The notes under the pieces were generated by a model, which was not told the origin of the DNA, did no database searches, and saw only the letters and a list, made by a program, of their open reading frames with translations. 64,000 bases of DNA from assembly GCA_951406725.2 (NCBI GenBank), contig OX597823.1:21514001-21578000 (forward strand), given 5' to 3'. This DNA comes from Octopus vulgaris. Lineage: Eukaryota. A program made the position numbers and the translations under genes. This document shows positions 11,269 through 22,942 of the stretch, piece after piece (position 1 is the stretch's first letter; each line of letters begins with the position of its first letter).

Positions 11269-11331
11269 TGTCGTTTGGGTATTTCTTATTCATTGGAATT
11301 ATAGCAATTATCAGCTCTAAAGATATTGACT
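11269..11331 (+). CDS. Possible 63-nt phase 1-1 host exon encoding a hydrophobic segment (SFGYFLFIGIIAIISSKDID)
   Basis: Strong polypyrimidine acceptor ttttctttcttctttgactattccttgcag, but weak donor gtaata; phase-compatible with exon 21906. Confidence 0.3.
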
Positions 11332-11401
11332 GTAATAATATAATGTAATTTTATCTCAGCTGGAGATAAATAAACTAAATATGTATGTATATATATGTGT
11401 G

Positions 11402-11438
<37 letters not shown>

Positions 11439-11456
11439 GTTGATGGATACATAATT

Positions 11457-11612
11457 AGGCACAGGAGGGGGCTGTGTGCTAAGTAGCTTGCTTACCAACC
11501 ACATGGTTCCAGTTTCGGTCCCCACTGCGTGACACCTTGGGCAAGTGCCTTCTGCTATAGCCGCGGGCCGACCAAAACCTTGTGAGTGGATTTGGTAGAT
11601 GGAAACTGAAAG
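11457..11612 (+). mobile_element. SINE family 2 (internal microsatellite), 5' half
   Basis: Homologous to the 5' part of copies at 17542, 30707 and 31245. Confidence 0.85.
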
Positions 11613-11818
11613 TATTTTCTGTATCACACATCCTGGACATATTTAGAGATTTGTTACCTGTGCATCAGCCTCACTAATAAACTTCTAGCCTGAGTTCGTT
11701 AGTATCTTCCAACCTGATGGGTTGCATTTAGTTTATAGATATGCAAGTTCTATGCTTTATTACTGAGTGAGCTCTGTATCTAGAGTTATCAGTTAAGGTA
11801 CATATCGTATGTATGCAT

Positions 11819-11849
<31 letters not shown>

Positions 11850-11940
11850 GTGTAATAAATAAAATATATGCATACATACAAACATATATGTACGTACCTA
11901 CATCTACATGTATATATACATGCATATATAAATATATATA

Positions 11941-12318
11941 CGTGAGTACAGGACACCACAACTAGACGCAGAACTCAACGAGAAACGAAAACGGAAAAAC
12001 CATTTTTTTACAACAGAAAAACAGAGTACAGGACATACTACACAAGGAAAAATCCCCTTCATCAGCTGTCACTAGTTCGACTCCAGCGTGTTTCGAAGGC
12101 AAGACAGAACACGACTCGCCAAATTACTCCATATCGTAAAATATAATTGACAAATAAATGAGGCGGTCCCGTAGAGGACGATGTTCCTGTTGTTTTTAGG
12201 CCCGGGAGGACATCTCCTCCAGTTGCCTAACGACATACTGTCTGTGCCTAATTAGTATTTGCAATGAAACCCGATTCTGTACAGCTACTGTTTACTTCTT
12301 GCTCAGAGATTTAATATT
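11941..12318. mobile_element. Non-coding PLE/pLTR-like fragments in (TA)n
   Basis: Minus-strand cgaaac and ctgatga motifs at ~12055-12100; 12175-12263 is homologous in reverse to ~60630-60720. Confidence 0.45.
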
Positions 12319-12384
12319 GTATATATATGTGCGTGCCCGCGCGCGTGTGTGTGTGTTTGTTTGTTTGTGTGTGTGTGTGTGTGT

Positions 12385-12596
12385 GTGTCTGTGTGTCTGT
12401 GTCTGTGTTTGTCCCCCACCATCGCTTGACAACCGATGCTGGTGTATGTCTACGTCCCTGTAAACTAGCGGTTCGGCAAAAAAGAACGATAGAATAAGTA
12501 CTAGGCTTACAAAGATTAAGTTCTGGGGTCGATTTGTTTGACTAAAGGTGGTGCTCCAGCATGGCCACAGTCAAATGACTGAAACAGATAAAAAAG
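12385..12596 (+). mobile_element. SINE family 2, 3' half
   Basis: catcgcttgacaaccgatgctgg...ggtgctccagcatggccacagtcaaatgactgaaac shared with other copies. Confidence 0.85.
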
Positions 12597-12828
12597 TTTA
12601 AATATATATATATACACACACACATATATTTATATATATATATATATATATAGATAAGAAAGTTTGTTTGGTAAAGCACGTGGGTGAATATATAAGAAAA
12701 TAGTAAAGTGTGAAAAAACGACAGAAGGCTTAAATATTAAAAAATATATATATTTGTGTCAAAATGTCTGGAGAATATTGGAAACATTTTTTTTCCTTTC
12801 CTTAAAATGACATAATTTTAAAATTTTT

Positions 12829-12869
12829 AAAGAAATTACCTGTTTCGCGTGTAGCTTTTCAAATTTCTT
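12829..12869 (-). ncRNA. Hammerhead-like motif in the 3' tail of the second PLE
   Basis: Minus strand AAGAAAT-TTGAAAA-GC(tacac)GC-GAAAC-AG-GTA-ATTTCTT: stem I, 2-bp stem II, GUA site; non-canonical core. Confidence 0.5.
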
Positions 12870-13005
12870 GTGACGTTATGTTTATATTGCATGGAATTAT
12901 CGTTGTTTTTATTTCCAGGAGATTTCTAAATAAGGGGAGGTAGTGAGTGATTTTTTCCGGTGTAGGGGAGATAATCGCTTAAAAAATTTTTTTCCCATTT
13001 CCTTG

Positions 13006-14646
13006 TTAATTTCTCTGTGTCAGTATGTTCGGATGGTTGAGTCTGGGTTTGTACTTTTCAATGAAGAATGTTTCCTTGTTCAGTCTCATTTGTGTTGATG
13101 ATCCGAAAGCACATTGGTAAAATGGGAAGATTAAAAATTGTGGCAGTAGTTGCTTTGCGCATTTCTCAATGTGCTCACTAAAAGGTATCATTCTATATTC
13201 TGGGAATGCAATCTGTTGTCGATGCAGTGTGCATCTGCGCCTGAGTGATAGTCCCGTGGAACCCACGTAGTCTTGGTGGCAGCCCGAGCATTTAATAACA
13301 TAAATTATGTTTTCAGAGGCACAAGTAAAGTTAGATTTGATCTTAAATTTCTGTCCCTCTTTAAAGAAGAATTCTGATCCTTCCAATAGGTTAGGACATG
13401 TTGCACAGTTCGATCTACCACATTTTTTTACTTTTGCATCCGTAATTTTAGAAGACAATTTTGCCTTTGTGAGAATCTTTTTAAGTGATTTAGGCTGTTT
13501 GTAGCTTTTAATGATTTGGTGTATGTTTAGAATTTCCTTTAATTTTGGGTTTTTATGAAGTATTGGTAAATTCTGGGTGATGATGGTGAAGGCTTCTTTG
13601 TTTCTGGGGTTGTATGTAGATATGTAAGGTAGTATTTTCGGGGAAGGTGTGTTGTTGTGTTGAACTTTTCTTAAAGTTTCTATGTTGATTTCTGTTGCAC
13701 GTCTGATCCCATCCTCTATGAGTTGAGCTGGGTAATGTCTGTCAATTAGGGTGTTTTTGAGTTCTTGCAGTCTAAAGTTCCTGGTATTTTGTTCTGACAC
13801 TATTGTGCATATCCTTCTTGCAAGGTTGAAGGGGATGTTTGTTTTAGTGTGTCTTGGGTGGCATGAATTAAAAAGAAGGTATTGTTTGGCGTCTGTGGCT
13901 TTGTAAAAAATGTCTGTTTCTATTTTAAGGTTAATTTTTTTAATTAGTATATCCAAGAAAGGGAGCTCCTTTTGGTTGTATTCCATTGTGAACTGTATAT
14001 TTGGGTTTATGCTGTTCAATAGGTTTTTAAATTTTAGGAGTTTATCTATGTTTTCATTCCAGAGAATGAAACAATCGTCTAGGAATCGTTTCCAATTCTC
14101 TTTTATGTATTGAGAGAGGGAGTTTCCAAAGATTGATAGAGATTCCTGGTAAATGATTATTTCCATGTATCCCATTGTTAAGTTCGCAATGACTGGTGCT
14201 GCCCTTGTACCCATAGCAATTCCGGATTTTTGACGGTAAAATGTATTGTCAAACATGAAGTGGTTATTGTGTAGGATGAATTCAATTGATTTAGTAATGA
14301 ATTCCTTACTGATCCTTTTTGGTATTTCTTCCGGAAATTGGTCTAACCAGAATTGTATTGCCTCCAGTCCATAATTATGAGGTATACTGGTATACAAGTT
14401 GACTACATCAAATGAAACCAGGATTGTTTCTTCCTTGGTTTCTTTTGGAAGGTGGTTTAACATATCTAAGTCATCTCTGATATGGCTATCGATATGTTTA
14501 AGGAAGGGTTTCAAGAGGATGTCCATAAGTAGACTTAGTCTGTGTGTTTCACAGGTTGGGCCAGCTACAATGGGTCGTAGTTTTAGGTCCCCCGGATTAG
14601 GTGTGTGTATGTATGTCTTTGGTGATTTTTTAATGGTTTCATTTAT
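13006..14646 (-). CDS. Truncated but uninterrupted PLE RT plus GIY-YIG ORF
   Basis: [63 protein letters not shown]; the N-terminal part in the ORF track is microsatellite. Confidence 0.93.
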   Translation of the reverse strand: MNETIKKSPKTYIHTPNPGDLKLRPIVAGPTCETHRLSLLMDILLKPFLKHIDSHIRDDLDMLNHLPKETKEETILVSFDVVNLYTSIPHNYGLEAIQFWLDQFPEEIPKRISKEFITKSIEFILHNNHFMFDNTFYRQKSGIAMGTRAAPVIANLTMGYMEIIIYQESLSIFGNSLSQYIKENWKRFLDDCFILWNENIDKLLKFKNLLNSINPNIQFTMEYNQKELPFLDILIKKINLKIETDIFYKATDAKQYLLFNSCHPRHTKTNIPFNLARRICTIVSEQNTRNFRLQELKNTLIDRHYPAQLIEDGIRRATEINIETLRKVQHNNTPSPKILPYISTYNPRNKEAFTIITQNLPILHKNPKLKEILNIHQIIKSYKQPKSLKKILTKAKLSSKITDAKVKKCGRSNCATCPNLLEGSEFFFKEGQKFKIKSNFTCASENIIYVIKCSGCHQDYVGSTGLSLRRRCTLHRQQIAFPEYRMIPFSEHIEKCAKQLLPQFLIFPFYQCAFGSSTQMRLNKETFFIEKYKPRLNHPNILTQRN

Positions 14647-14655
14647 ACATACATG

Positions 14656-14718
<63 letters not shown>

Positions 14719-14751
14719 GTGTGTATGTGTGTGTGTATACATATATATTTA

Positions 14752-14789
<38 letters not shown>

Positions 14790-15914
14790 TATATATATAT
14801 ATTTATGTGAATGGTTTTTTATACGGTATCGTATTTTACAATCCTGTAAATAATAATAATGGTATTTTTATATAAGCTTAAAGCTTATGGCGATCACCGT
14901 GCAATGACTAAGGAAAATAGTCTAATAAAGTTGGTTCTTGCATAAGAACCGGCTCTTTATTGGCAAGAAGTCTCGAAATAAAACTGAATAATGACATATA
15001 TACTGATACGAGGAGATACATACGCCTAATATGTACTTGCTAGTCCGTTTGTGTTCATGGTGTACTTGATTTTTCGGCAGGCTAATGGTTGGTTGCTTGC
15101 TTGCATTTCCACTCAGTAAAATATAATTTCCCCTAAAAAAAAAAATTCACATATCCTGTTACCAGACTCTAAACAAAATTATATAACAAGATATTGATAT
15201 AACATTTTTATATTTTATGTAAGATGTAGGCCTGGGGGACTCTTCTATCTGATTATTTGTTTTTAAGAAGTTTTTTTTTCAGGAACTTCACCATTACTGC
15301 ATATTACGCGCGTTCTATATGCTTATAATGAGAGCTGTTCTTCTATCTATTTGTATCAGCAAAATTGTAATCTCTCACTCAGAATACCCCTGTAGCTTTC
15401 AAGTTGATGTTCTTCCGATGGAGTATCTTTTGCAGTAATTGTGCTTTTAATAGACTCATTTACGATATTTAGCGAACAGAATTCACCGTATGACATATGA
15501 TGTTGTTGTTGTTTTTTTCTTTTTTATAATTAAGTATTTGCTGTATTTTTTTTTTCTTATTCAGACTTATATAATCGAAATAATACTCTGAAAGGTTTTT
15601 CAGACTCTGAGTTCTAAATAGCTTTTCTAAATGTATTCCTTCTTTTGCTTTTTTAATACATTTGTGGATTTGTACATATATATGTGGGGGGGGACCTTTC
15701 CTATACGTGTGTGTATGCGTGTATATATGTATATTAAAAATATACATATATATGTACATGCATTATCATTTATATCAGTATGCATGCATGCATGTATGTA
15801 TGTATGTATGTATGTACAAATATGTATGTATGTATGTATGTACAAATATGTATGTATGCATGTATGTATATATGTACAAATATGTATGTATGTATGTATG
15901 TACAAATATGTATG

Positions 15915-15948
<34 letters not shown>

Positions 15949-16013
15949 TGCATGCATGTACGTATGCATGTACAAATATGTATGTACATATGTATGTATG
16001 TATGTATGTACAA

Positions 16014-16044
<31 letters not shown>

Positions 16045-16666
16045 TGTATGTATGTATGTATGTATGTATGTATGTATGTATAAGTTTAAAGCCTGATTTA
16101 CTGAATATCATTCACTCAAAAATTATAAATTCTTCAAAATTACCCTCTTCCACGGAGAAAGGAAACAAGAATATTTAGTCACTCACAATGGAATTTATTA
16201 AAGGGAGATTATTCAAAGAAATCAAGAATAAATTTCACAAGCTGATTTACATACCTCGGGAATAAAGAGCTCTGATTTTGGTTTGCAGTCAAAGACAGTA
16301 ACATTGATATGCTATGATCAGTTTGACCTCGTAGGCAGAGTACACGTTAACTAGCTTTGCTGATTATTGGATAGACTTTTACGTACACACACACACACAC
16401 ACACACATACACACACATGTACATACAAATATCTCTCTCTATGTATATATGTATATTACACATGCAAGCATAAGTGTGTGAATGTCTGTATTTATCTATG
16501 TCAATGTAAGTGTGTATGAGAGTGAAAGTATATATATGTACATCAGTACGGAAGTAGGTGTGTGTATATCAAGTGTATGTATATATATGTAATTTTATGT
16601 AAATATGCTCTCCATGAAAATGTGTTATGCTTGTGTATGTGGCTATGTGAATTTATCTCGTAGTAT

Positions 16667-16728
<62 letters not shown>

Positions 16729-16793
16729 GACAGACAGACAGACAGACAGACAGAAAGAGAGATAGAGACAGATAGATAGACAGACAGACAGAC

Positions 16794-16870
<77 letters not shown>

Positions 16871-17541
16871 CAAATACATACAACAGCTACATATATCTCT
16901 ACATGCGTGTGTGTGTGTGCGTGTGTATGTCGTATGTATGTATGTATGTATGTATGTATGCATGTATGTATGTATGTATGTATGTATGTATGTATGTATG
17001 TATGTATGTATGTATGCATGCATTTATGTATGTATGTATGTGTGTTTTCAGTCCTGCTATTAATCAACACCAGGCATCAAACTACACATGTTTGCATGTA
17101 TGTAATCATTAAACGAATATCGGCAACACTGCGTCAGATTAATTAATTAATGAAGACAATAAATATATCTATCGACGTCCGTCCGCAATGTCTGCCGTCT
17201 GTATAATATATAACACGCTAGCTATCGGACATTGAGTAAACGACTGGAATAGCTATGACGACACTGCTCTAGCATGACTACAGGCTACTTCTTGAAAGAA
17301 TACAACTGCTATTGATGTCAAACAATATAAAAGCTACATGGCAGTTTGCGGTTGACACTGGATAACAGAGACATCTATTGAGAGACGTACGGAGAGTGTA
17401 TGAACACCACCACGGAGTACGAAAAAGTGCAAACAATTTTTTTTTTATTTTTCACAAAATCATGTTATTCTTTTAATTGGTGGCAGTAATTGAACTGTGG
17501 CCATGTTGGATTAATACTTGCTGGAGTAAATTAGAATACAT

Positions 17542-17958
17542 TACTCTTTTTACTCTTTTTACTTGTTTCAGTCATTTGACTGCGGCTATGCTGGAGCACC
17601 GCCTTTAGTCGAGCAAATCGACCCCGGGACTTATTCTTCTGTAAGCGCAGTACGCATTCTATCGGTCTCTTTTGCCGAACCGCTAAGTGACGGGGAGGTA
17701 AACACACCAGCATCGGTTGTCAAGCAATACTATGGGGACAAACACAGACACACAAACATATATACACACACATACATATATATATACATATATACGACAG
17801 GCTTCTTTCAGTTTCCGTCTACCAAATCCACTCACAAGGCTTTGGTCGGCCCGGGGCTATAGCAGAAGACACTTGCCCAAGATGCCACGCAGTGGGACTG
17901 AACCCGGAACCATGTGGTTGGTAAGCAGGCTACTTACCACACAGCCACTCCTGCGCCT
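17542..17958 (-). mobile_element. SINE family 2, full length
   Basis: Minus-strand head aggcgcaggagtggctgtgtggtaag..ggttccgggttcagtccc, internal CA/TA tract, gtaaaaga-repeat tail. Confidence 0.9.
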
Positions 17959-18412
17959 ATTGATGATTTCTGTGTTAATTTTTTTTTAATTTCGGAAGTG
18001 GGAACGGCGGGTTTAATCTAGCAGTATTTGAGCTCAGAATTTAAAGAGATGCAACCAGATTCCACAATAGATCTAAGCTGGATTTCACCCAGAACGTAAA
18101 TTCATGCTAAGGGCTAAAATAAATTCCACGATGGATCTGTATTTAAACTCAGAACGTAAAAAAAAATGTAATCTAATTAGACAAGGGATCTGGTGAGATT
18201 TGAACTCAGGATGTAATAAAACTCAAATGCCACAATTATTCGACATTTGTTCCGGCTCTTTACATTTGGGTTTCACGTCCCTCCGAGGTCAATTTTGCCT
18301 TTTCTCCTTTACGGAACTGCATCGATGATATCCAGTAATAATTGCTAGCTTTGTGCTTAAACCAGAAGCCAATTAAATGTCCCAATGTATTTTTTCAGTG
18401 CTCTGCCGAATC

Positions 18413-18640
18413 TATTTCTTTACTACCCACAAGGGGCTAAACACAGAGAGGACAAACAAGGACAGACAAACGAATTAAGTCGATTACATCGACCCCAGTG
18501 CGTAACTGGTACTTATTTAATCGACCCCGAAAGGATGAAAGGCAAAGTCGACCTCAGCGGAATTTGAACTCAGAACCTAGCGGCAGACGATATACTGCTA
18601 AGCATTTCGCTCGGCGTGCTAACGATTCTGCCAGCTCGCC
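18413..18640 (-). mobile_element. SINE family 3 (tRNA head, Meta-like core), tail type B
   Basis: Head ggcgagctggcagaatcgttagc..gagttcaaattcc; core gtcgactttgcctttcatcctttcggggtcga; tail ttgtgggtagtaaagaaata; short flanking repeat gccgaatct. Confidence 0.88.
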
Positions 18641-18654
18641 GAATCTGCCACATC

Positions 18655-18787
18655 CAAGTACTCATTTTATCCCAGAAAGATAAAAAAAAGTTGTCATCAA
18701 CGAAATTTGAACTCGGAACGTAAAAGTGGCCGAAATGTTGCAAAGCATTTTCCCCAACGTGCTAACGATTCTGCCAGTTCGCCGCCC
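18655..18787 (-). mobile_element. SINE family 3, degraded 5' part
   Basis: Head homology (gctaacgattctgccagttcgccgcc on +). Confidence 0.7.
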
Positions 18788-18802
18788 TTTCCCACGAATA
18801 TA

Positions 18803-18962
18803 ATATTCTTTTCTACTCTAGGCACAAGACCCGAAATTTTTGGGGAAGAGGTCAGTCGATTAGATCTACCCCGGTACACAACTGGTACTTAATTTATCGA
18901 CACCGAAAGGCAAAATCGACCTCGGCGGAATATGAACTCAGAACGGAAAGAGACAAAATACC
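18803..18962 (-). mobile_element. SINE family 3, tail type A, head cut at GGTATTT
   Basis: Core plus tail A (cctcttccccaaa..ttgtgcctagagtagaaa on minus); begins directly after a tail-B end. Confidence 0.8.
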
Positions 18963-19146
18963 TATTTCTTTACTACCCACAAGGGGCTAAACACAGAGAG
19001 GACAAACAAGGACAGACAATCGGATTAAGTCGATTACATTGACCCCAGTGCGTAACTGGTACTTAATTTATCGACCCCGAAAGGATGAAAGGCAAAGTCG
19101 ACCTCGGCGGGATTTGAACCCAGAACGTAACGGCAAACGAAATACC
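18963..19146 (-). mobile_element. SINE family 3, tail type B, head cut at GGTATTTCG
   Basis: Starts exactly where the LINE 3' end stops. Confidence 0.88.
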
Positions 19147-19980
19147 AATTTCTTTATTGCCCACCGGGGGCCAAACATAGAAATGGACAGAACAACTGAT
19201 GGGATCAGTGAAGCGATACGATTTTACATATAATGTGACTTTAAAAATTTAAATACAATATACAAAAAATCGAATGAAATTAACAATACAGGGACAACAC
19301 AAATGAAGCGACGACCAGGCCACGCTCCGACCCTACAAGCCCCGATCTACCGCTGGTACCTTTCTTTTTTTCTTTTTTTTCCGTCTATTCACACGGTTCC
19401 TTGCACGCACAACACTCGTGCAACATGCTTCCATCTCTTTTGGAACGAACACTCCGACAGACACCTCTTCTCCAGCCACAGCTTCCTTTCCAAATGAAAA
19501 GAAAAAAATGATCGTAAATTGTGGCCAGAGACAAAGTTGCCTGTCTTAATTCCTTTCATCCTAATCTTCCATACTGTCTCTTTCGCTATTGCTACAACCG
19601 TGAGAAAACAATTCTTACCTTCGTTCGTTAGAACTCCCGGTGGGTCAATTTTTATAATTGACTCAGTCGACAGCTGTACTCTTCATTCGCCGGACAACAG
19701 GTGTTCAGCATAAGCCCACATTTCAGTTATCTGCGGACACTAGCGTGAGGGACGGTTTCCCTGTCCCCCCACCGCATCTTGTACTGACGTTTACCATGTC
19801 TTGCGAGCTTATCCCAAACGGGTAAGACACCTCTGTAGCATTGCAAGGTTAAGGATTTTTGGAAGTTGTCCAGCGTTCTCAACCCGAATGTACGGTGACA
19901 CAGGCTGACCAGTTGAATAAATCCGAGACCTAGAGTCCACCCCAGGCCATCGTCTCATTCAGACTCTACCAACCCACTAT
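19147..19980 (-). mobile_element. Tx1/L1-clade LINE 3' fragment (degenerate ORF2 C-terminus plus 3' UTR)
   Basis: Minus translation ..RTFGLRTLDNFQKSLTLQCYRGVLPVWDKLARHG..CPQITEMWAY..AIAKETVWKIR..FQKRW resembles the post-RT zinc-knuckle region of Tx1/L1; ends gtgggcaataaagaaatt. Confidence 0.75.
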
Positions 19981-19984
19981 ATAA

Positions 19985-21012
19985 ATGCAGACGTTAACAT
20001 AAAGCTGAAGATCAGTGAAAAAGAGAAACACCTATGCTGAACTATTGAGAAATCTACAGTTACTCTATCCAGATTACAAGTTCAGGTTTATACCTATAAT
20101 TATTGGGGCCCTGAGATATGTAACACACTGCCTAAATACCAATCTTGAGAAATTAGGCTTCTCAAAAACTGTAAGGAGAAAGCTAATTCAAAGTATGCAG
20201 ATCCAACCCGTCATAGGATCTGTAAAAATCTGTAAAACTTTCCAGAAGTTTATCATTTAAATATATATGTGAGCATATTTAGATATGTAACTAAATACTA
20301 AGAATATATGCATAAAACATACAAATCTGTACATACATACATACATACATACATACATACATACATACATGGTGGCTGCCCCCTCGTTATCGAGTATGGC
20401 CATTGCACGTATCTTAATCAATGTTGTTATTGTGCATTGCCTGTGTAAGAAGATTTTTTTTAAGTGAGGAAAGGCTGTGCACTGAGTCAATCCCATTCAC
20501 TAAGCAACAGCAGCCATAATCCGAAAAGAAGAACAAGTCAACATCATCGGTAACCACTGAGCCGTAGGTTTTATGTCGGAGTTATCCCAGTTACCCGAGT
20601 TACCTTCTCCTAGAAGGGTGCCCTTACAAAGGCTAGGAGTCCTTCACTCCCAATGGTTTAACCGCGCGATCGAGTATTCAGTCCGATTATTTCTATGTCC
20701 ACGCGCATGATACAGCCTTAAAACATTTATTGGATGGCCATTGACTCTCAAGAGTTCCTCCACCCTTTGACGGGTTTTGTTTTTCATCCCGCAGGGTGTC
20801 CAATAAATACCCTCCTCACCAAACAAGCTTGGTGGGGTTGCCGGTTGCAACAGGTTGTACTGAGTTACATGTTACCAGTAGCACTCGAAAGTGACCTGAC
20901 ATAACATACATACAATAATACGCTGTTGTTGATGTTGAAATTCCAATGAAGAAACCGGTTCTTTCTCTATTGGCAAGAAATCGTGAAATAAACTGAAGAA
21001 TGACATACATAC
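19985..21012 (+). mobile_element. R4/Dong-type RLE LINE 3' fragment, 3' UTR interrupted by an insertion
   Basis: ADVNIKLKISEK..YAELLRNLQLLYPDYKFRFIPIIIGAL..GSVKICKTF* resembles a restriction-like endonuclease C-terminus; UTR with (CATA)n and a terminal block shared with 29660-29785 and 14945-15000. Confidence 0.72.
20371..20900. mobile_element. Unclassified insertion in the (CATA)n tract, possibly RTE-related non-coding sequence
   Basis: Splits a UTR that is contiguous at 29540-29785; contains ccttctcctag..aaggctag, which I associate with RTE-type elements. Confidence 0.35.
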
Positions 21013-21905
21013 GTGTATACATACATATTGAAGACACAATTAGAACCTTTATTCGCTCGTTCTTTAGGTTCAGTTTAGAAAAGTAGCATTCCTAAACCTA
21101 TTAATATTTCTAGAGATTCTTGGATTATCTTCTGTTAGTGTTTATTTACTGCCACATTTATAGTGAACACCTGGCATCAAAGGAAAACGATACCGTTAAG
21201 ATATCGTGTATAGTGTATCTCGATTAGCTATTGTGATATCGATAAGGCATCAAAAGAAAACGATATCGATAAGATCAGCATCGCAAGATGTAACATACAA
21301 ACCATTAGCTCAAACATAGTTTCAGTAATTATCAACAGTTCTTAGTTTTTTGCAATATTACTGAATTTTCTGTCTATTTTTCTAGTTTGTATTTTACTGT
21401 TAATAAAGCTTCTGCTGCCAATTCTCTAATTATATTTTTTTATGAAATTCTTTACAGAATGGTATTATTCTCAGCTAGTTTCCTTATTGTTTTATGGTTT
21501 TACAATGACTTCTTGTTACGAATGCTAGTCAACAAACGAGAAAGCGTCGTACGCATTTTCCGATGTTACTTTGAAGCATGAAGCTTATAATTTTTATGTT
21601 TACCTCGAAACGTGTATATGTATATGTGTATGTATTTGATGTGCGTGTGTTTATATTTGATATGTATGTGTGTATGCATGTGTGTGTGTATGTGTATATG
21701 TGTGTGTATGTTTGTGTAACAGTTCCAAGCTTTACTTTGGTTAATTGTATAAACTAGCAACTACTTGAGGATAGAATCGATCATACAACTGATTTCACGA
21801 AATCCTTAAGTACTGCTATGTAATACTATGTTTGTCTCTTTTACATTTATGTCCGTTTGCATATGGCTACATGAATTCATCTCAGTATTCTTTTTGATAT
21901 TTCAG

Positions 21906-22043
21906 ATAACAGCCGTTCGACAGGTCGAGGTTATCAACGACTATGTCAGAAAGATGCAGATACGGACAGAAAATCAGAAACCGAACACAGTACGGAAGAT
22001 TCCGAAGACTCAAATCTAGAAGATGGTTCCGATAGTGAATTTG
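21906..22043 (+). CDS. Putative internal host exon (138 nt, phase 1-1): NSRSTGRGYQRLCQKDADTDRKSETEHSTEDSEDSNLEDGSDSEF
   Basis: Acceptor tttttgatatttcag, consensus donor G|gtaagt, length divisible by 3, open acidic frame in phase with 44082. Confidence 0.7.
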
Positions 22044-22633
22044 GTAAGTATCAGTTCACATTAACGCTATCTACCAACAACAACAACACCCACCCCCACA
22101 CACTAAAGAACCTATAGCAGACAATTAACAGAATTCTAAGGATCTAATTGGCCTGATATATTTTTAAATTTATAAGAGAAAATATTTCATTCATCCACTC
22201 GATATGTTACTGATCTATGACAGTCAAGGTCTAGTAGTCAAGAAGCTCTCTTCGTAATTTGTAGTTCTGGGTTCGACCCAAGCCATGCGCAAACGGAAAT
22301 TGTATAGAAGCCTGTCGGATAGACTACATGTTCTTAAATGTAACACCGAAAAGGTCGTCCGATTTACAACCGCCTTTCCTCGAATGCCTTTAATACACTC
22401 CACTTTATTCGGGACAGGTATCTGATTTGAGGATAACTTCTACCCTCCTCCCTTTTCCACTAGTCTCTAAAACTCCTCTAGATTCTTCTGATTAATCAAT
22501 GAACGCTAGGTCTTTCAACATCAACTGAAATCATCAGTTCAGGCCATACACATACATTTTCCAGTGATTTTATCTTCCTACATCAAACATTCAAAATTTT
22601 TTGCATTTAGTGATTGTATTTCATCTTTACTAG

Positions 22634-22942
22634 GTCGATTAAATCAAGTAGCAGTGAAATATCGAGGTCGATTAAATAAAGTACCAGTGAAATATTGGGT
22701 CGATTAAATAAAGTTCCAGTGAAATAACAGGGTCGATTAAATAAAGTACCAGTGAAATAACAGGGTCGATTAAATAAAGTAGCAGTGAAATATCGGGGTC
22801 GATTAAATAAAGTACCAGTGAAATAACAGTTTCGATTAAATAAAGTATCAGTGAAATAACAGAGTCGATTAGATAAAGTAACAAAGTACCAGTGAAATAT
22901 CGGGATCGATTAAAGTACCAGTGAAATATCGGGGTCGATTTA
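22634..22942 (+). repeat. ~33-bp minisatellite, ~9 units, derived from the SINE family 3 core
   Basis: Unit gtcgattaaataaagtaccagtgaaatatcggg matches the SINE segment gtcgataaa..aagtaccagt..ggggtcgat. Confidence 0.88.

Larger units (their letters stand above)
12653..14646 (-). mobile_element. 5'-truncated Penelope-like element (second Neptune-like family) in (TA)n
   Basis: RT-EN ORF plus ~350-bp 3' tail with an HHR-like motif; both ends abut TA-rich microsatellite. Confidence 0.92.

Noticed and set aside
14647-14742. N-terminal start of the 578-aa ORF
   Set aside because: Derived from flanking microsatellite; the element is 5'-truncated.
15283-15440. Possible exon after tttttttttcag
   Set aside because: No convincing donor or recognisable peptide.
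21459-21550. Possible transmembrane-coding exon (MVLFSASFLIVLWFY..)
   Set aside because: Only weak donors, and the best one is out of phase with exon 21906.
22634-22942. CRISPR-like array
   Set aside because: Units are contiguous with no unique spacers, derive from a SINE, and the context is eukaryotic with no cas genes.
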